The translations under genes were made by a program, and so were the position numbers. This document shows, one piece after another, positions 49,608 through 63,878 of a stretch of 64,000 nucleotides of DNA. The first letter of the stretch is position 1; each line of letters starts with the position of its first letter. The notes under the pieces were generated by a model. The model saw nothing but the letters and a program-made list of their open reading frames with translations. It was not told the DNA's origin and did not search any database. Source of the DNA: Azolla caroliniana (Eukaryota; Plantae; Polypodiophyta); assembly GCA_043228905.1 (NCBI GenBank), contig JBHGNT010000005.1, positions 17,918,001-17,982,000 of the forward strand, read 5' to 3'.

Positions 49608-52600
49608 TGTTGGGATATCGGTCCCTCCGGATGGGATGTCCGGAGATGAATGACGGCAAGCCCGGTTACGGCTACGGAGCCGGATGATGAAGACCCCGGC
49701 TACGGAGCCGGATGACGAATGTACCCGGAGAGAGAGATCCGGATGCGGGGACATATTTGTGAATATGTTTGCCAAGAGCCCTTGAGGCTATATTTGTAAA
49801 TAGCCTGAAAGTCATATGTGTATAAATATGACTTAGGGCAAACTGTTTGTTGTTGTTGCTCATTTTTATGTTGTCAGCCGAGAGAGCGAAGAGAGAGCAG
49901 CCGAGAGAAAGAGAGAGAGGAAGAGGTCGACGCCTCTGTGTATTACCGCCGCCTGTGGCGAAGACAGTGAGCTCAAGGTTGTTGCCTTGCAGCTACACCT
50001 TTGTACATCTCTGTTCATAGTGATAGTTGGAGTTTGAGGACTCCCGTGGTTTTTCCCATTTAGGGTTTTCCACGTAAAACACCCTGTGTACTCTTCTCTC
50101 TATTGTCTTCGTGCATTTTGTATTTTCCCGTTTTCTGTGATTTGATCCTATTCCTCGGTTGTGTCCGAGCTCCGTGCGCAACAAATTGGTATCAGAGCAC
50201 GGTAACACAGAAAATGGAAGGCGTCGGTAGTGGGCCTCCGGGCATGATGGTTTTGAACTCACAGAACTACGCCGACTGGAAGATAAAGATGGAAGACCTT
50301 CTCATCGTCCGAGACCTGTACGAACCGATCGACAATGCCGAGATACCCAAGGGGGTAATAGAGTCGGAGTGGAAGCTCCTGAACCGGAAAGCCGTAGCGA
50401 CGATCCGGCAATATGTCGATGTAAGCGTTCTACAACATGTGGCGAACGACACCAACACATATGAGATGTGGAAGAAGCTGTCGGGCCTCTACGAGAGGAA
50501 GAATGCGTTGAACCGGACCTCCCTGATGAGGAAGATAGTGAACCTCAAGTACCGGGACGGCGAAAATATGGTGGAACACGTGAGCACGTTCATGGGATTC
50601 GTGAACCAGCTTGCGGCGATCAAGTTCTCGTTGGAGGATGCAATGCAAGCCATCATTCTGATGTGTACATTGCCAGAAAGCTGGGAGAACTTGGTGGTGA
50701 CTCTCAGCACCTCCTGCACCGAAGATAACTTGTCTCTACAAACGGTAAAGACAAGTATTCTAAATGAAGAAGCGCGTCGGAGAGATAAAGAACCGGCCAC
50801 CGACTCGAAGGCGCTGCTTACCGAATCGGAGTCCGCAAAGACGGGAGAAGACAATGGAACCGGAGTCCGCAAAGACGGGAGAAGTCGGGGACCCGGTCGC
50901 AGTCAAGAGGAAGACCCACATGCTTCCACTGTGGGAAGCCGGGGCACTTCCGGAAGAATTGTCGGCATTACCGAAAGGACAACGGAGCCGACGACACCGA
51001 TTCGAAGAAGTCACCGGAGAGAAACGGTGCATACCGGGGAGCCACGGACCGGAGAGGTCCGGATCGGCGAGGGCAGGACCGGAAAGGAACGACAGCACTC
51101 GCGGCAAGTGAAGAAGAGATAATGCTCATTACCGAAGAGACAGAGCTGAACCTTGCCGGTGAAGAGATGACCTGGGTGGTCGATTCCGGAGCATCGTTCC
51201 ACCTGACTCCGGAGAAGAAATACTTCTCATCCTACACAGCCGGTGAGCACGGCTGTGTCCGGATGGGAAATGAAGGTACATGCCGGATTGCCGGCATAGG
51301 AGACGTGTGGCTGATGACATCAACCGGATGCAAGATGCTGCTGAAGGATGTCCGACACGTTCCGGAGGTTCGATTGAACCTGATTTCGGCCGGGAGGCTA
51401 GACGATGAAGGCTACACGGGTAGCATCCGGAACGGTGTCATGAAGTTCAGCAAAGGGAGCCTGATAGTGGCTCGGGCCCGGAAGATCAACACACTGTACC
51501 TGATGAATTCCCGGCTATGTCCGGAGGAGCTGAACGTGGCAACCGATACTGCCGGTGAGTTGTGGCACAAGAGACTGTGTCACATGAGTGAGAAGGGGAT
51601 GAAGAGGCTTGCTGAAGACAACCTTATTCCAGTGAAGCATGTGCACCTGGAGAAGTGCACCGATTGCCTGGCCGGTAAACAGAACCGAACCTCCTTCCAC
51701 TCAAGGCCACCGACGAGACGTCGCGCACCATTGGAGTTGGTGCACACTGACGTGTGTCAAGTAGAAACGAAGTCACATGGCGGAGCCCAGTACTTCGTAA
51801 CATTCATAGATGACCATAGCCGGAAGCTGTGGACGGCACCGTTGAAGACAAAGGACCAAGTATTGTCCGTCTTCAAAGAACTCCACGCGAGAGTGGAAAG
51901 GGAATCCGGCAAGGAGCTGAAAGCGATACGAGCGGATAACGGAGGGGAATACCGGGGGCAGTTTGAGGAGTACTGTCGCTCGAAGGGAATCCGGCTCGAG
52001 TTTACTGTGCCGAAGACGCCGGAACTGAACGGGCTGGCCGAGAGGATGAACCGGACCAGAATGGAGAGGGTCCGGAGTATGCTGGCGCATGCGAAATTAC
52101 CCAAGGGTTTTTGGGCTGAGGCAATGTCGACGGCGACATACGTGATAAACCGATCACCCTCAGTACCTTTGGACGGAGACACGCCGCAGAGAGTGTGGAC
52201 CAGTAGGGAAGTATCCTACCGGCATCTGAAGGTGTTCGGGTGTCTCGCATATGTGCATGTGGCAAAGGACCGGAGAGGAAAGCTAGATCCAAAGACCCGG
52301 CCATGCATATTCCTCGGTTACGGCGATGACGAGTTCGGCTACCGAGTATGGGACCCGGTCGACAAAAAGATATCCCGGAGTCGTGATATCATCTTCATGG
52401 AGGACAAGACACTCGCCGACTGGGAGTCGGAGAAGAAGATGAAGAGCTCCAAGTCGACCGGTGAGGATCACTTCTACGAGGAGCAGTCCCGACCGGCAAG
52501 GGACCGGTTAGCACTCGAGGATCCGGCCGAAGACGGTGAAGAAACAGAACCGGCCGAGGAAGATGAAACTGATACCGGAACCGGCCCCGATCCCGAAATG

Positions 52601-54884
52601 GATTCGGATGAAGAGGAAACGGAGGAGCCGGTTACCGAAGCTCCGGAACGGAGATATCCTCTAAGAGAGAGAAGGGCCCCTCGGAGATTTCCGGAACCAG
52701 AGCACATGCTGCTAACCGACGAGGGGGAGCCAGAGAGCTTTGAAGAAGCAAAGCATGACACCCAGAGCCGCAAATGGTTGAGTGCCATGCAGGACGAGAT
52801 GGATTCCCTGCACTAGAACCACACATATGAACTTGTGGAGTTGCCGAAAGGAAAGCGGGCACTTCGAAACAAGTGGGTGTTCAAGCTGAAACCGGGAGAT
52901 GCCGGAAACCCCCCGAGATACAAAGCCAGGATCGTGGTGAAGGGGTTTCAGCAGAAGAAGGGCGTCGACTTCGACGAGATATTTGCCCCGGTAGTGAAGA
53001 TGACCTCCATCCGGACGGTGCTGAGCATAGCGGCAAGCATGGACCTCGAGGTAGAACAGATGGACGTGAAGACGACATTCCTTCACGGTGACCTCGAAGA
53101 AGAGATCTACATGCAGCAACCGGAAGGATTCGAGAAGAAAGGGAAGGAGCACCTGGTATGCCGGTTGAAGAAGAGCCTTTACGGTCTGAAGCAGGCTCCC
53201 CGGCAATGGTACCGGAAGTTCGACTCCTTCATGACAGACGAAGGGTACCACAAAACGCAGTCCGATCACTGCGTGTTTGTGAAGAAGTTCGAAGGAGGAG
53301 ACTTTCTAATACTCCTCCTGTACGTGGACGACATGTTGATCGTCGGACGGGACCAGGTCAAGATACGGATGCTGAAGAAGGCTCTTCACCGAACCTTCTC
53401 AATGAAGGACTTGGGTCCGGCGAGACAAATACTAGGGATGCACATCATCCGGGACCGGAAGAAGAAGCAGTTGTGGCTGTCACAGGAGAAGTACGTGACA
53501 AAGGTGCTTCAACGGTTCAACATGTCGGAAGCAAGACCGGTCGGATCGACCCTCCCGGCAAACTGAAAGTTGTCCAGCAAGCAAAGCCCTAAGACAAAGG
53601 CTGAGAAGGAGGACATGATGAAAGTACCATATGCCTCTGCCGTCGGAAGCTTGATGTACGCAATGGTGTGTACAAGACCGGACATAGGATATGCAGTCGG
53701 AGTGGTGAGCCGGTACATGAGCAATCCCGACAAAGAGCACTGGAACGCGGCCAAGTGGATACTCCGATACCTGAAGGGCACGGCAAACGTGTGCCTTCGA
53801 TTCGGCTCCGGTAAGCCCGAACTCGACGGCTTTACCGATTCGGATATGTCGGCTGACGCAGATACCAGCCGGTCCACATCAGGGTATGTGATGACGTATG
53901 CAGGGGGAGCTGTTTCGTGGCAGTCGAGGCTGCAGAAGACGGTTGCGTTGTCAACCACGGAGGCGGAGTACATGGCGGCTGTTGAAGCCGGCAAGGAAAT
54001 AATATGGATGAAGGACTTCATTAGAGAGCTTGGTATCCGGCAGGAGGAGTACCGACTCTATTGCGACAGTCAGAGTGCCATCCACCTTGCGAAGAATGCG
54101 GCCTATCACTCCCGGACGAAGCACATCCAGCGAAGATATCACTGGATCCGGGAAAGGATAGAAGACCAGGAGTTCGTGCTGACGAAGATTCACACGGACG
54201 AGAACGGGTCAGATATGCTGACCAAAGTGCTCACACCCGACAAGCTGGAAGCATGCCGGAAGAGGATCGGATTGGAGAGACATCCCATGCCGAAGTGAAG
54301 GGGGAGTTTGTTGGGATATCGGTCCCTCCGGATGGGATGTCCGGAGATGAATGACGGCAAGCCCGGTTACGGCTACGGAGCTGGATGATGAAGACCCCGG
54401 CTACGGAGCCGGATGACGAATGTACCCGGAGAGAGAGATCCGGATGCGGGGACATATTTGTGAATATGTTTGCCAAGAGCCCTTGAGGCTATATTTGTAA
54501 ATAGCCCGAAAGTCATATGTGTATAAATATGACTTAGGGCAAACTGTTTGTTGTTGTTGCTCATTTTTATGTTTTCAGCCGAGAGAGCGAAGAGAGAGCA
54601 GCCGAGAGAAAGAGAGAGAGGAAGAGGTCGACGCCTCTGTGTATTACCGCCGCCTGTGGCGAAGACAGTGAGCTCAAGGTTGTTGCCTTGCAGCTACACC
54701 TTTGTACATCTCTGTTCATAGTGATAGTTGGAGTTTGAGGACTCCCGTGGTTTTTCCCATTTAGGGTTTTCCACGTAAAACACCCTGTGTACTCTTCTCT
54801 CTATTGTCTTCGTGCATTTTGTATTTTCCCGTTTTCTGTGATTTGATCCTATTCCTCGGTTGTGTCCGAGCTCCGTGCGCAACA
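49608..54884 (+). mobile_element. Youngest copia of the nest, full length; 576-bp LTRs 49608-50183 and 54309-54884; TSD ATACG
   Basis: About 3 LTR differences by eye; PBS TGGTATCAGAGC at 50187; PPT GAAGGGGGAG; TSD at 49603-49607 and 54885-54889. Confidence 0.96.
50214..54298 (+). pseudogene. Copia gag-pol with frameshifts in gag and stops at 52814 and 53564
   Basis: WVVDSGAS, LELVHTD, ELNGLAER, LLYVDD and RTKHIQRRYHW; pol pieces 51122-52816, 52835-53566 and 53570-54298 are in the same frame. Confidence 0.9.
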
Positions 54885-57800
54885 ATACGCTGCGTTCTTC
54901 GCAAGGTGGATGACACTTTGACTGTCGCAATAGAGCCGGTATTCCTCTTGCAAGATCCCTAGCTCTTCGATGATGTCCTTCATCCATAGTATTTCCTTGT
55001 CGGCTTCCACAACCTCTATGTACTCCGCTTCCGTAGTTGACAAAGCAACCGTCTTCTACAGCCTCGACTGCCACGAAACAGCTCCCCCTGCATATGTCAT
55101 TACATATCCCGATGTTGACTGGCTAGTATCCGCATAAGCCGACATATCCAAATCGGTGAAACCATCAAGTTGGGGTTTACCGTTTCCGAATTGGAGACAC
55201 ATAGTTTAGGTGCCTTTCAAGTACCGGAGTATCCATTTTACCGCATTCCAGTGCTCCTTACCGGGATTGCTCATGAACCAGCTCACCACTTTGACTGCGT
55301 ATCTGATATCTGGTCAGGTACACACCATTGCGTACATTAAGCTCCCGACGGCAAAGGCATATGGTATCTTCATCATATCCGCCTTCTCTGCCTTCGTCTT
55401 CAGGCTTTGCTTACTGGATAACCTGCAGTTTGGGGGGAGTGTCGATCCAACCGGTTTAGCATCTGACATGTTAATCCGCTAAAGCACCTTTGTCACATAC
55501 TTCTCCTGTGACAACCACAATTGCTTCTTTGACCAGTCCCGGATGATATGCATCCCTAGTATCTGTCTTGTCGGACCCAAGTCTTTCATTGAGAAGGTCC
55601 GGTTCAGAGCCTTCTTCAACATCCGTATCTTGACTAAGTCTCGTCCGACGATCAACATGTCATCCATGTACAGGAGGAGTATCAGGAAGTCTCCACCTTT
55701 GAACTTCTTCACAAATACGCAGTGATCGGCCTGCGTCTTGTGGTACCTTTGATCGGTCATGAAGGAGTCGAACTTCCGGTACCATTGCCGGGGAGCCTGC
55801 TTCAAACCGTTCAGGCTCTTCTTCAATCGGCAAACCAAGTGCTCCTTCCCTTTCTTCAAAAATCCCTCCGGTTGCTGCATGTAGATCTCCTCTTCGAGGT
55901 CACCGTGGAGGAACACCGTCTTCACATCTAACTGCTCTACCTCGAGGTCCATGCTTGCCGCTATGCTCAGCACCGTCCGGATGGAAGTCATCTTTACTAC
56001 CGGGGAAAATATCTCGTTGAAGTTCACTCGCTTCTTCTGCGGGAACCCCTTCAACACGATCTTGGCTTTGTATCTTGGTGGGTTTCCGGCATCTCCCGGT
56101 TTTAGCTTGTACACCCACTTATTCCGGAGTGCCCGCTTTCCTATCGGCAACTCTACCAATTCATATGTGTGGTTCTCATGAAGGGAATCCATCTCATCCT
56201 GCATGGCACTCAACCACTTGCGGCTATGGGTGTCACCCTTCGCTTCTTCGAAGCTTTCCGGCTCCCCCTCATCGGTCAGCAACACGTGTTCTGCATCCGG
56301 AAATCTCCGGGGGGCACTTCTTTCCCGGAGAGGATATCTCTGTCCTCAGTTTTCGCTAACCGGCTCCTGTGTCTATTCTTCATCCGAATTCGATTCGGGG
56401 TCTTGTCTGGTTCGGGTTTAAGCTTTCCCTCCTTCTTCTGCCGGTTCGGTATCCTCACCATAACCGGCCGGTTCTTCGAGTGTCAACATGCTCCTAGCTG
56501 GGTAGGTCCGAATCTCATCGAACCGATCGTTACCGGTCGACTCGGAGTTCATTATCTTCTTCTCCGACTCCCAGTCGGCAAGGGTCTTGTCCTCCATGAA
56601 GATAATATCTCGACTCCGGAAAACCTTCTTGTCGACCGGATCCCACACTCGGTAGCCAAACTCATCATCGTCGTATCCGAGGAATATGCAAGGCCGGGAC
56701 TTTGGATCCAACTTTGCTCTTCGGTCCTTTGCAACATGCACAAAAGAGAGACACCTGAACACCTTCAGATGCCGGTAAGACACTTCCTTACCGGTCCACA
56801 CTCTCTGCGGTGTGTCTCCGTCCAAGGGTATTGAGGGTGATCTGTTTATCACGTACGTTGCTATCGTCAGCGCCTCAACCCAAAACGTCTTGGGTAGCTT
56901 AGCATGTGGTAGCATACTCCGGACCCTCTCCATTATGGTCCAGGTTCATCCTCTTTGCCAGCCCATTGAGTTCCGACGTCTTCGGCACGGTAAATTTGAG
57001 CCGGATTCCCTTCGAGCGGCAGTACTCTTCGAACTGCCCTCGGTATTCTCCTTTGTTATCTGCTCAAACTGCTTTCAGCTTCCGGTCAGTTTCTCTTTCC
57101 ACTCTCGTGTGGAGCTCCTTGAAGACGGATAACACTTGATCCTTCGTCTTTAGCGGTGAGACCCACAGCTTCCGGCTGTGGTCATCTATGAACGTCACAA
57201 AGTACTGCGATTCGACATGTGACTTCAGGTCCACTTGACACACATTGGTATGCACCAGCTCCAGTGGTGCATTACGTCTCATCGGTGGCCTTGATCGGAA
57301 GGAGGTTCGGTTTTGCTTATCGGCCAGACAGACGGTGCACTTCTCAAGTTGCATGTTCTTCACCGGAATGAGGTTGTCATCGGCAAGCCTTTTCATCCCC
57401 TTCTCGCTCATGTGACACAGTCTCTTCTGCCACAGCTCACCGGCAGCGTCGAATGCAACGTTCACTTCTTCCCGGCATAACCAGGCATTCATTAAGTACA
57501 GAGTGTTGACTTTCCAGGCCCAAGCCACTATTAGGCTCCCTTTGCTGAACTTCATGACTCCGTTCCGAATGTGACCCATGTAGCCTTCATCATCTAGCCG
57601 ACCGACTGATATTAGGTTCAATTGAACCTCCGGAACGTGTCGGACATCCTTCAGCAGTAGCTTGCATCCGGTTGATGTCGTCAATAGCACATCTCCTATG
57701 CTGATAATTCGGCAAGTCCCTTCATTCCCCATCCGGACACAGCCATGCTCACCGGCTGTGTAGGATGAGAAGCATTTCTAGTCCGGGGTCAGGTGGAACG

Positions 57801-59038
57801 ACGCTCCGGAATCGACAACCCACGTCGTCTCATCGCCGACAAGGTTCAACTCACTCTCCTCGGTGATGAGCATCAACTCCTCTTCACTTGCCGCGATTGC
57901 CGTCGTTCCCTTCCGGTCCAGTCTCCTCCGATCTTTACTGTTCCAATCTGGTGACCGCGTCAAATCAGTATTGTCGGTTTCCTTCTCTCTCCGGAAATGC
58001 CGATAGTTCTTTTGGAAGTGCCCTGACTTCCCCCAGTAGAAGCAAGTAGGCCTTCCCCTTGACTTTGACCGTGTCTCTGACTTTTCCCAGTTCTGGGGAC
58101 TCCGGTTCCTTTGTCTTCCACGTTCTGATTCGGTAAGGAGAGCTTTGGAGTCGGAGCTCGTATCCTTGTCTTTCTGACACGCCTCCTCATCTAGCAAGCT
58201 CGACTTGACTCTTGCTAGGGATAACTGTTTCCCTTTTGGCCCGGCGTTGCCTAGAGTAACAACTAATGTCTCCCAGCTATCCGGGAGGGAACCGAGCAGG
58301 AGCAGTGCTAGTACCTCATCGGTGAGAGGTACTTCCAATGATGTTGCTTGGTGAATCAGCCCCTAGAAGGCGTTCATGTGCTCCGCCATACTAGAGCCAT
58401 CTTGGTACCAACGTCTTACTAGCTTCCGAAATACTGAAAGCCGATTAACAACATTTTTGTTCTGAAACATAATGTCGATCTTCTCCGAGAGCTCATGAGC
58501 CTTGCTCTCTTCACTGAAGTTGTTGTACAGGCTCATGTCGATGAAGCACCATATGTATGCTGTCCTCTTCATGTGCATCACCTCCCACACTGTGGCATCA
58601 ATCTTGTCCGGTCTCTTGTCCCCGAACTGAACTGGAAACCAAAGATCTTTGACCATGAGCATGTCCCTCTTCTTCGACTTCCACATTGAGTAGTTGGAGC
58701 CGTTGAGCTTGAACATGCCACCGAACGATTCTTCCATTTTCTGTTTTGTTCGCTTTGATACCAGTTTGTAGAGAATATGCGGAATAATCTTCGGCCACAA
58801 CTGAGACTTAGATCACTTAATGATAATCAAACACAGTACAAATGGAGAAATGGAAGTAAGTACACAAACAGAAGAGAATGCGCAGGATGTTAAAATGGAA
58901 AAACCCTAAACGGGAAAAACCACGGGAGCCCATAGACTCCGAACTATCACTATGTAAGGAGAATACAACAGGGGAGCACAGAGGCAACGACCTCGTGCTC
59001 ACAGTCTTCACCTGGTGACGGTTACAACAGAGATTCAC

Positions 59039-59078
<40 letters not shown>

Positions 59079-61777
59079 TGCTACACTCTGCACAACAGTT
59101 ACACCAATAACTCTATACAACAAATAATGACCACACCTACCAAGAGTTTGCCCTAGGTCATATTTATACTAATATGATTTTCGGGCTATTTACAAATATA
59201 GCCCTAGTGGGCTCTCTAGAACATATTTACATATATGTCCCTTCATCATCCCATCCGGAGGGACCTAAATCCTAACAAGACGTTCTATATCACTCACTCT
59301 CCCTCTCCCTCTATGTATATATGCATACAACGATAATAATAACAACCTTATAATGTGATTTCCCTAATTCATATTTATACTTATATGACTTCAGGACTAT
59401 TTACAAATATAGCCCTGACAAGCCCACTAGAAACATATTTACAGATATGTCTTGGGATCCGGTACACACTGGATCCATCCGGATACCTTTTCGGATTCAT
59501 CCGATCTAGCTTTCGGATCCCATCCGGAGGGAACGCTTTCCCAACAAACTCCCCCTTCACTCCGGCATGTGATGTCTTGTCAATCCGATCCGTCTCCTGC
59601 ACACGTCTAGCTTGTCGGCTGACAACACTTTGGTCAGCATGTCTGACCCGTTCTCCTCCGTGTGGATCTTCGTCAGCCGGAACTATTTATCTTCCACCTT
59701 CTCTCGGAGCCAGTGATATCTCCTCTAGATGTGCTTGGTCTGGGAATGGTAGGTTGCGTTCTTCGCAAGGTGGATGACACTTTGACTGTTGCAGTAGAGC
59801 CGGAATTCCTCCTGCTGGATCCCTAGCTCTCCGATGAAGTCCTTCATCCAAATTACCTCTTTGATGGCTTCTATAGCCGTCATGTACTCTGCTTCCGTTG
59901 TCGATAGTGCAACGGACTTCTGTAGCCTCGACTACCACAATACGACTCCTCCTGCATATGTCATGACATATCCGGATGTAGACCGGCTAGTATTTTCATC
60001 AGCCAACATGTCTGAATCGGTGAAGCCTTCCAATAAGGGTTTGCCAGAGCCAAACAGGAGGCACATGCTCGAGGTGCCATTCAGGTATCGAAAAATCAAC
60101 TCGAAAGCAACCCAATGTTCTCTTACCAGATTGTTCATGAATCGGCTCCGACTGCATATCTGATGTCTGGTCGGGTACACACCATAGCATACAACAAGCT
60201 TCCTACAGCACAGGCATATGGTATGTTCATCATATCCGACTTCTCTTCCTTTGTCTTCGGGCTCTGCTTTTCGGATAACTTACAGTTTGCCGGAAGTGTT
60301 GACCCCACTAACTTTGCATCTGACATGTTGAACCTTTGAAGCACCTTTGTCACGTACTTCTCCTGTGATAGCCACAATTGCTTCTTCGTCTGGTCTCAAA
60401 CTATGTGCATCCCCAATATCTGCTTCGCCGGACCCATATCTTTCATTGCAAATGACCGGCTCAAGGTCTTCTTCAGCATCCCGATTTTGATACTGTCCTA
60501 TCCGATGATCAACATATCGTCCATGTATAGCAGCAATATCAGGAAGTCTCCTGCGTTGAACTTCTTCACAAATACATAGTGGTCGGCTTGCGTCTTGTGG
60601 TATCCTTGGTCAATCATGAAGGAGTCAAACTTCCGGTACCATTGCGAGGGAGCTTGCTTCAGTCCGTACAAGATCTTCTTCAACCGGCACACCAAGTGCT
60701 CCTTCCCTTTCTTGACAAATCCCTCCGGTTGTTGCATGTAGATTTCTTCTATGAGATCACCGTGTAGGAACACCATCTTGACGTCTAGTTGCTCTACCTT
60801 GAGATCCATGCTCGCCGCTATGCTCAACACTGTCCGGATGGATGTCATCTTCACTACCGGAGCAAAGATCTCGTCCAAGTCCACTCCTTTCTTCTGTTGG
60901 AAGCCCTTCACCACAATGCGGGCCTTATACCTTGGTGGATTTTTGGAATTTGCCAGTTTCAGTTTGTACACCCACTTGTTCCGGAGCGCTCTCTTTCCTT
61001 TCGGCAACTCCGTCAATTCATATGTATGGTTCTCATGCAGGGAATCCATCTCGTCCTGCATGGCACTTAACCACTTGCTGTTGTGGGTGTCTTTCTTCGC
61101 TTCCTCAATGCTTTCTAGCTCCCCCTCGTCGGTCAACAACACATGCTCTGCATTAGGTATCTTCGGGGGGGCCTTCTCTCTTAGAGAGGATATCTCCGTC
61201 CTTTATTTTCGACCACCGGTTCCTCCATTTGTTCTTCATCCAAATCGGATTTAGGGTGTTGTCCGGTTCCGGTGTCCAATTCTTCTTCTTCGATCGGTTC
61301 GATTTCTTGTCCGAATCCAGCCAGTTCTTCGAGTGTCATCCGGCTTCCGGTCGAATGGGTCCTTGTGTCTTTCGCTTGATCTCTGTTGGTTGACCCGAAG
61401 TCCACTATCTTCTTCTCCGACTCCCAGTCGGCAATGTTCTTGTCTTCCATGAAGACTATATCTCGACTCCGGAAGACCTTCTTGTCGACCAAGTCCCATA
61501 CTCGATATCCGAACTCATCATCGCCGTATCCAAGGAATATGTATGGCCGAGACTTTCGATCCAACTTTGCTCTCTTGTCCTTTGCAACATACACGTAAGC
61601 TAGACAACCGAACGCCTTCATATGCCAGTAAGACACGTCTTTACCGGTCCATATTCCCTATGGTGTGTCTCTTTCCAAGGGTGCTGAGGGTGATCTGTTT
61701 ATAACATAGGTCATTGTCATCAACACCTCAGCCCAAAACGTCTTGGGTAACTTTGCATGTGCTAGCATGCTCTGGAC

Positions 61778-63357
61778 CACGGTTGTTAGGTACGGTACGG
61801 ATACCATACGTATTTAACGTATTAATACCCGTATAGTACCTCCCAATTTATAAATACGTAAAATACGTTTTTTTAATATGTTAAATACTTATAAAATACG
61901 TATAGTACGTTGTCGTGAAGATTTTCGTCCACAAGCGGAAACCGGGAAACATTGGCTACATCGGCGGGGTGCAGCGTGTGTACGCACCCATGTACATTTA
62001 GTGTGAATATTGAGGGCGCCTTTATGGCGCCGAAGAGTAGTCAAGTCGGGATAGACGATCCCATGAAAGTCGGGATTTGTCCCACATTGTAACGCATCCC
62101 TCTCCTTGTTCTATAAAAGGAAGGGAACGCCCTTTATGGAGGGGTTGCCCATTTTGCATTAGAGGGTATACCGTTAGGTTTAGAGTTAGCTTCTTCTTCT
62201 TCTTCTCCTTCGTGTTCGCTTAGGGTTTGCAGCAGCTCATCTCCTGTGCAAGACCCCGCTCGGCGCGACGAGCTGAGAGCTCCCCGACGGCGGCTTGGCA
62301 GTAGACGACTACTGTAACCTACCTCAGCCTAGCTCGACGCCGGGAATGTATTCTTCCTTTTATATATATATATATACGTTGCGTCTGTCTGTGTATATTC
62401 GCGTCTCTGTTGGTGTCGGGTGCTTCCCCTTTCCTGCGTTTCCCTGTACATAAAGGCGTGAGTAGGGTCGGCATGTGTGTGTGTGTGTGCGCGTGTGTGT
62501 GCGTGAGTCGGTGTTAACGCGTGTTCCCTCTCTTTCTCTCTCTCCCTTCGGTAGCTTCCGGTGTTCTTCTGGGATCCCCCGGAAACGGTGAAGCGCGACT
62601 TCCTACGCTCCGTCGCTCCCTAGTCCAAGACCCTCGTGGTCCCGCCTTTCTCCACGCACGCGCGTAACAACGCGACAACGTTAAATACTTCTAGAATTTT
62701 AAAATTATTTACCTTTCTAAAAAATATCTATAATATTGTAAAAAACATATATGTTTACACAATTTTGTGATGTACAATATAGTTCTACATCCTAAAATGC
62801 ATATACAACATTTGAACATTTCACATCCGAAAATACTTGTAGTCATATGGATGTCGACATTCCCTTATTCTATATATAAGTGTAAGTGTGTATCACGATG
62901 TTCTACTTCAAATTGTAATTATTTACAATTATGCCTTCATAGATTGCGGAATCGTCTACGATTATCACACTCATGATAGGTTTCTCTTTTCTTCTTTTTC
63001 TTCTTCTTCTTCTTCTTCTATCTACTGCGATTATCACACTCAGGACAGGTTTATATCTTCTTTTCCCTCTTCTTCTTCTTCTTCTTCTTCATCGTCGTCA
63101 CTTCTATTCTTCTTTCTTCCTTCCTTTGAGTTCTTTTTCACTAAAATCTTTTTTTTCTTTTCCTTTTTGTTAGGGTTTTACTTACATTTTCTTTATAAAT
63201 ACGTATTATACTTGTTTTATTATAAATACGTTAAATACCGTATTGGACAAATGTACATGATATTTGACTGAACAACATTGAGGTATAGTACGTACTATAC
63301 AAATGATGAGGTACTATACGTATTTAAACGTTAAATACGGGTAAGTAAACAACCATG
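61778..63357. mobile_element. Non-autonomous hAT-type DNA transposon, 8-bp TSD
   Basis: TIR CACGGTTGTT...AACAACCATG; TSD CTCTGGAC (61770-61777) / CTCTAGAC (63358-63365); many subterminal AATACG/CGTATT motifs. Confidence 0.85.
61911..62677 (+). mobile_element. Solo LTR (767 bp) nested in the hAT, 4-bp TSD ACGT
   Basis: TGTCG...CGACA termini, internal CTATAAAA, ACGT on both flanks. Confidence 0.82.
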
Positions 63358-63878
63358 CTCTAGACTCTCTCTATCACTGTCCGGCTCATTTTCTCCGCTA
63401 ACACGTTCAGTTCTAGTGTCTTTAGCACGATGAATTTGAGTCGGATTCCCTTCGACCGACAGTAATCCTTAAATTGTCCCTGGTATTCTCCTCCGTTGTC
63501 CAGTCAAATCGCCTTCAACTTCTAGACAGTTTCCCTTTCCACTCTCGCGTGGAAGTCCTTGAAGACAGATAGTACCCGGTCCTTCGTCTTCAGCGCTGAG
63601 ACCCACAGCTTCCAGTTGTGGTCGTCTATGAATGTCACGAAGTAGTGTGATCCGGCATGTCACTTCGTGTCCACTTGACATACATCAGTATGCACAAGTT
63701 CCTGCGGTGCATTCCGTTTGATCGGTGGTCTTGTCCAGAAAGAGGTTTGGTTTTGTTTGCCGGCCAAACAATCAGTGCATCTCTCAAGTTGCATGTCTTT
63801 CACCTCCGGAATGAGGTTATGATCGGTAAGTCTTCTCATCCCTTTTTAGCTCATGTGACACAACCTCTTGTGCCACAA

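Larger units (their letters stand above)
48918..59277 (-). mobile_element. Middle copia of the nest, decayed; LTRs 48918-49400 and 58767-59277; TSD AGATG/AGACG
   Basis: Matching LTRs TGTAGAGAATATG...AATCCTAACA, PBS revcomp at 58752-58763, gag-pol remnants 54890-58737. Confidence 0.88.
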
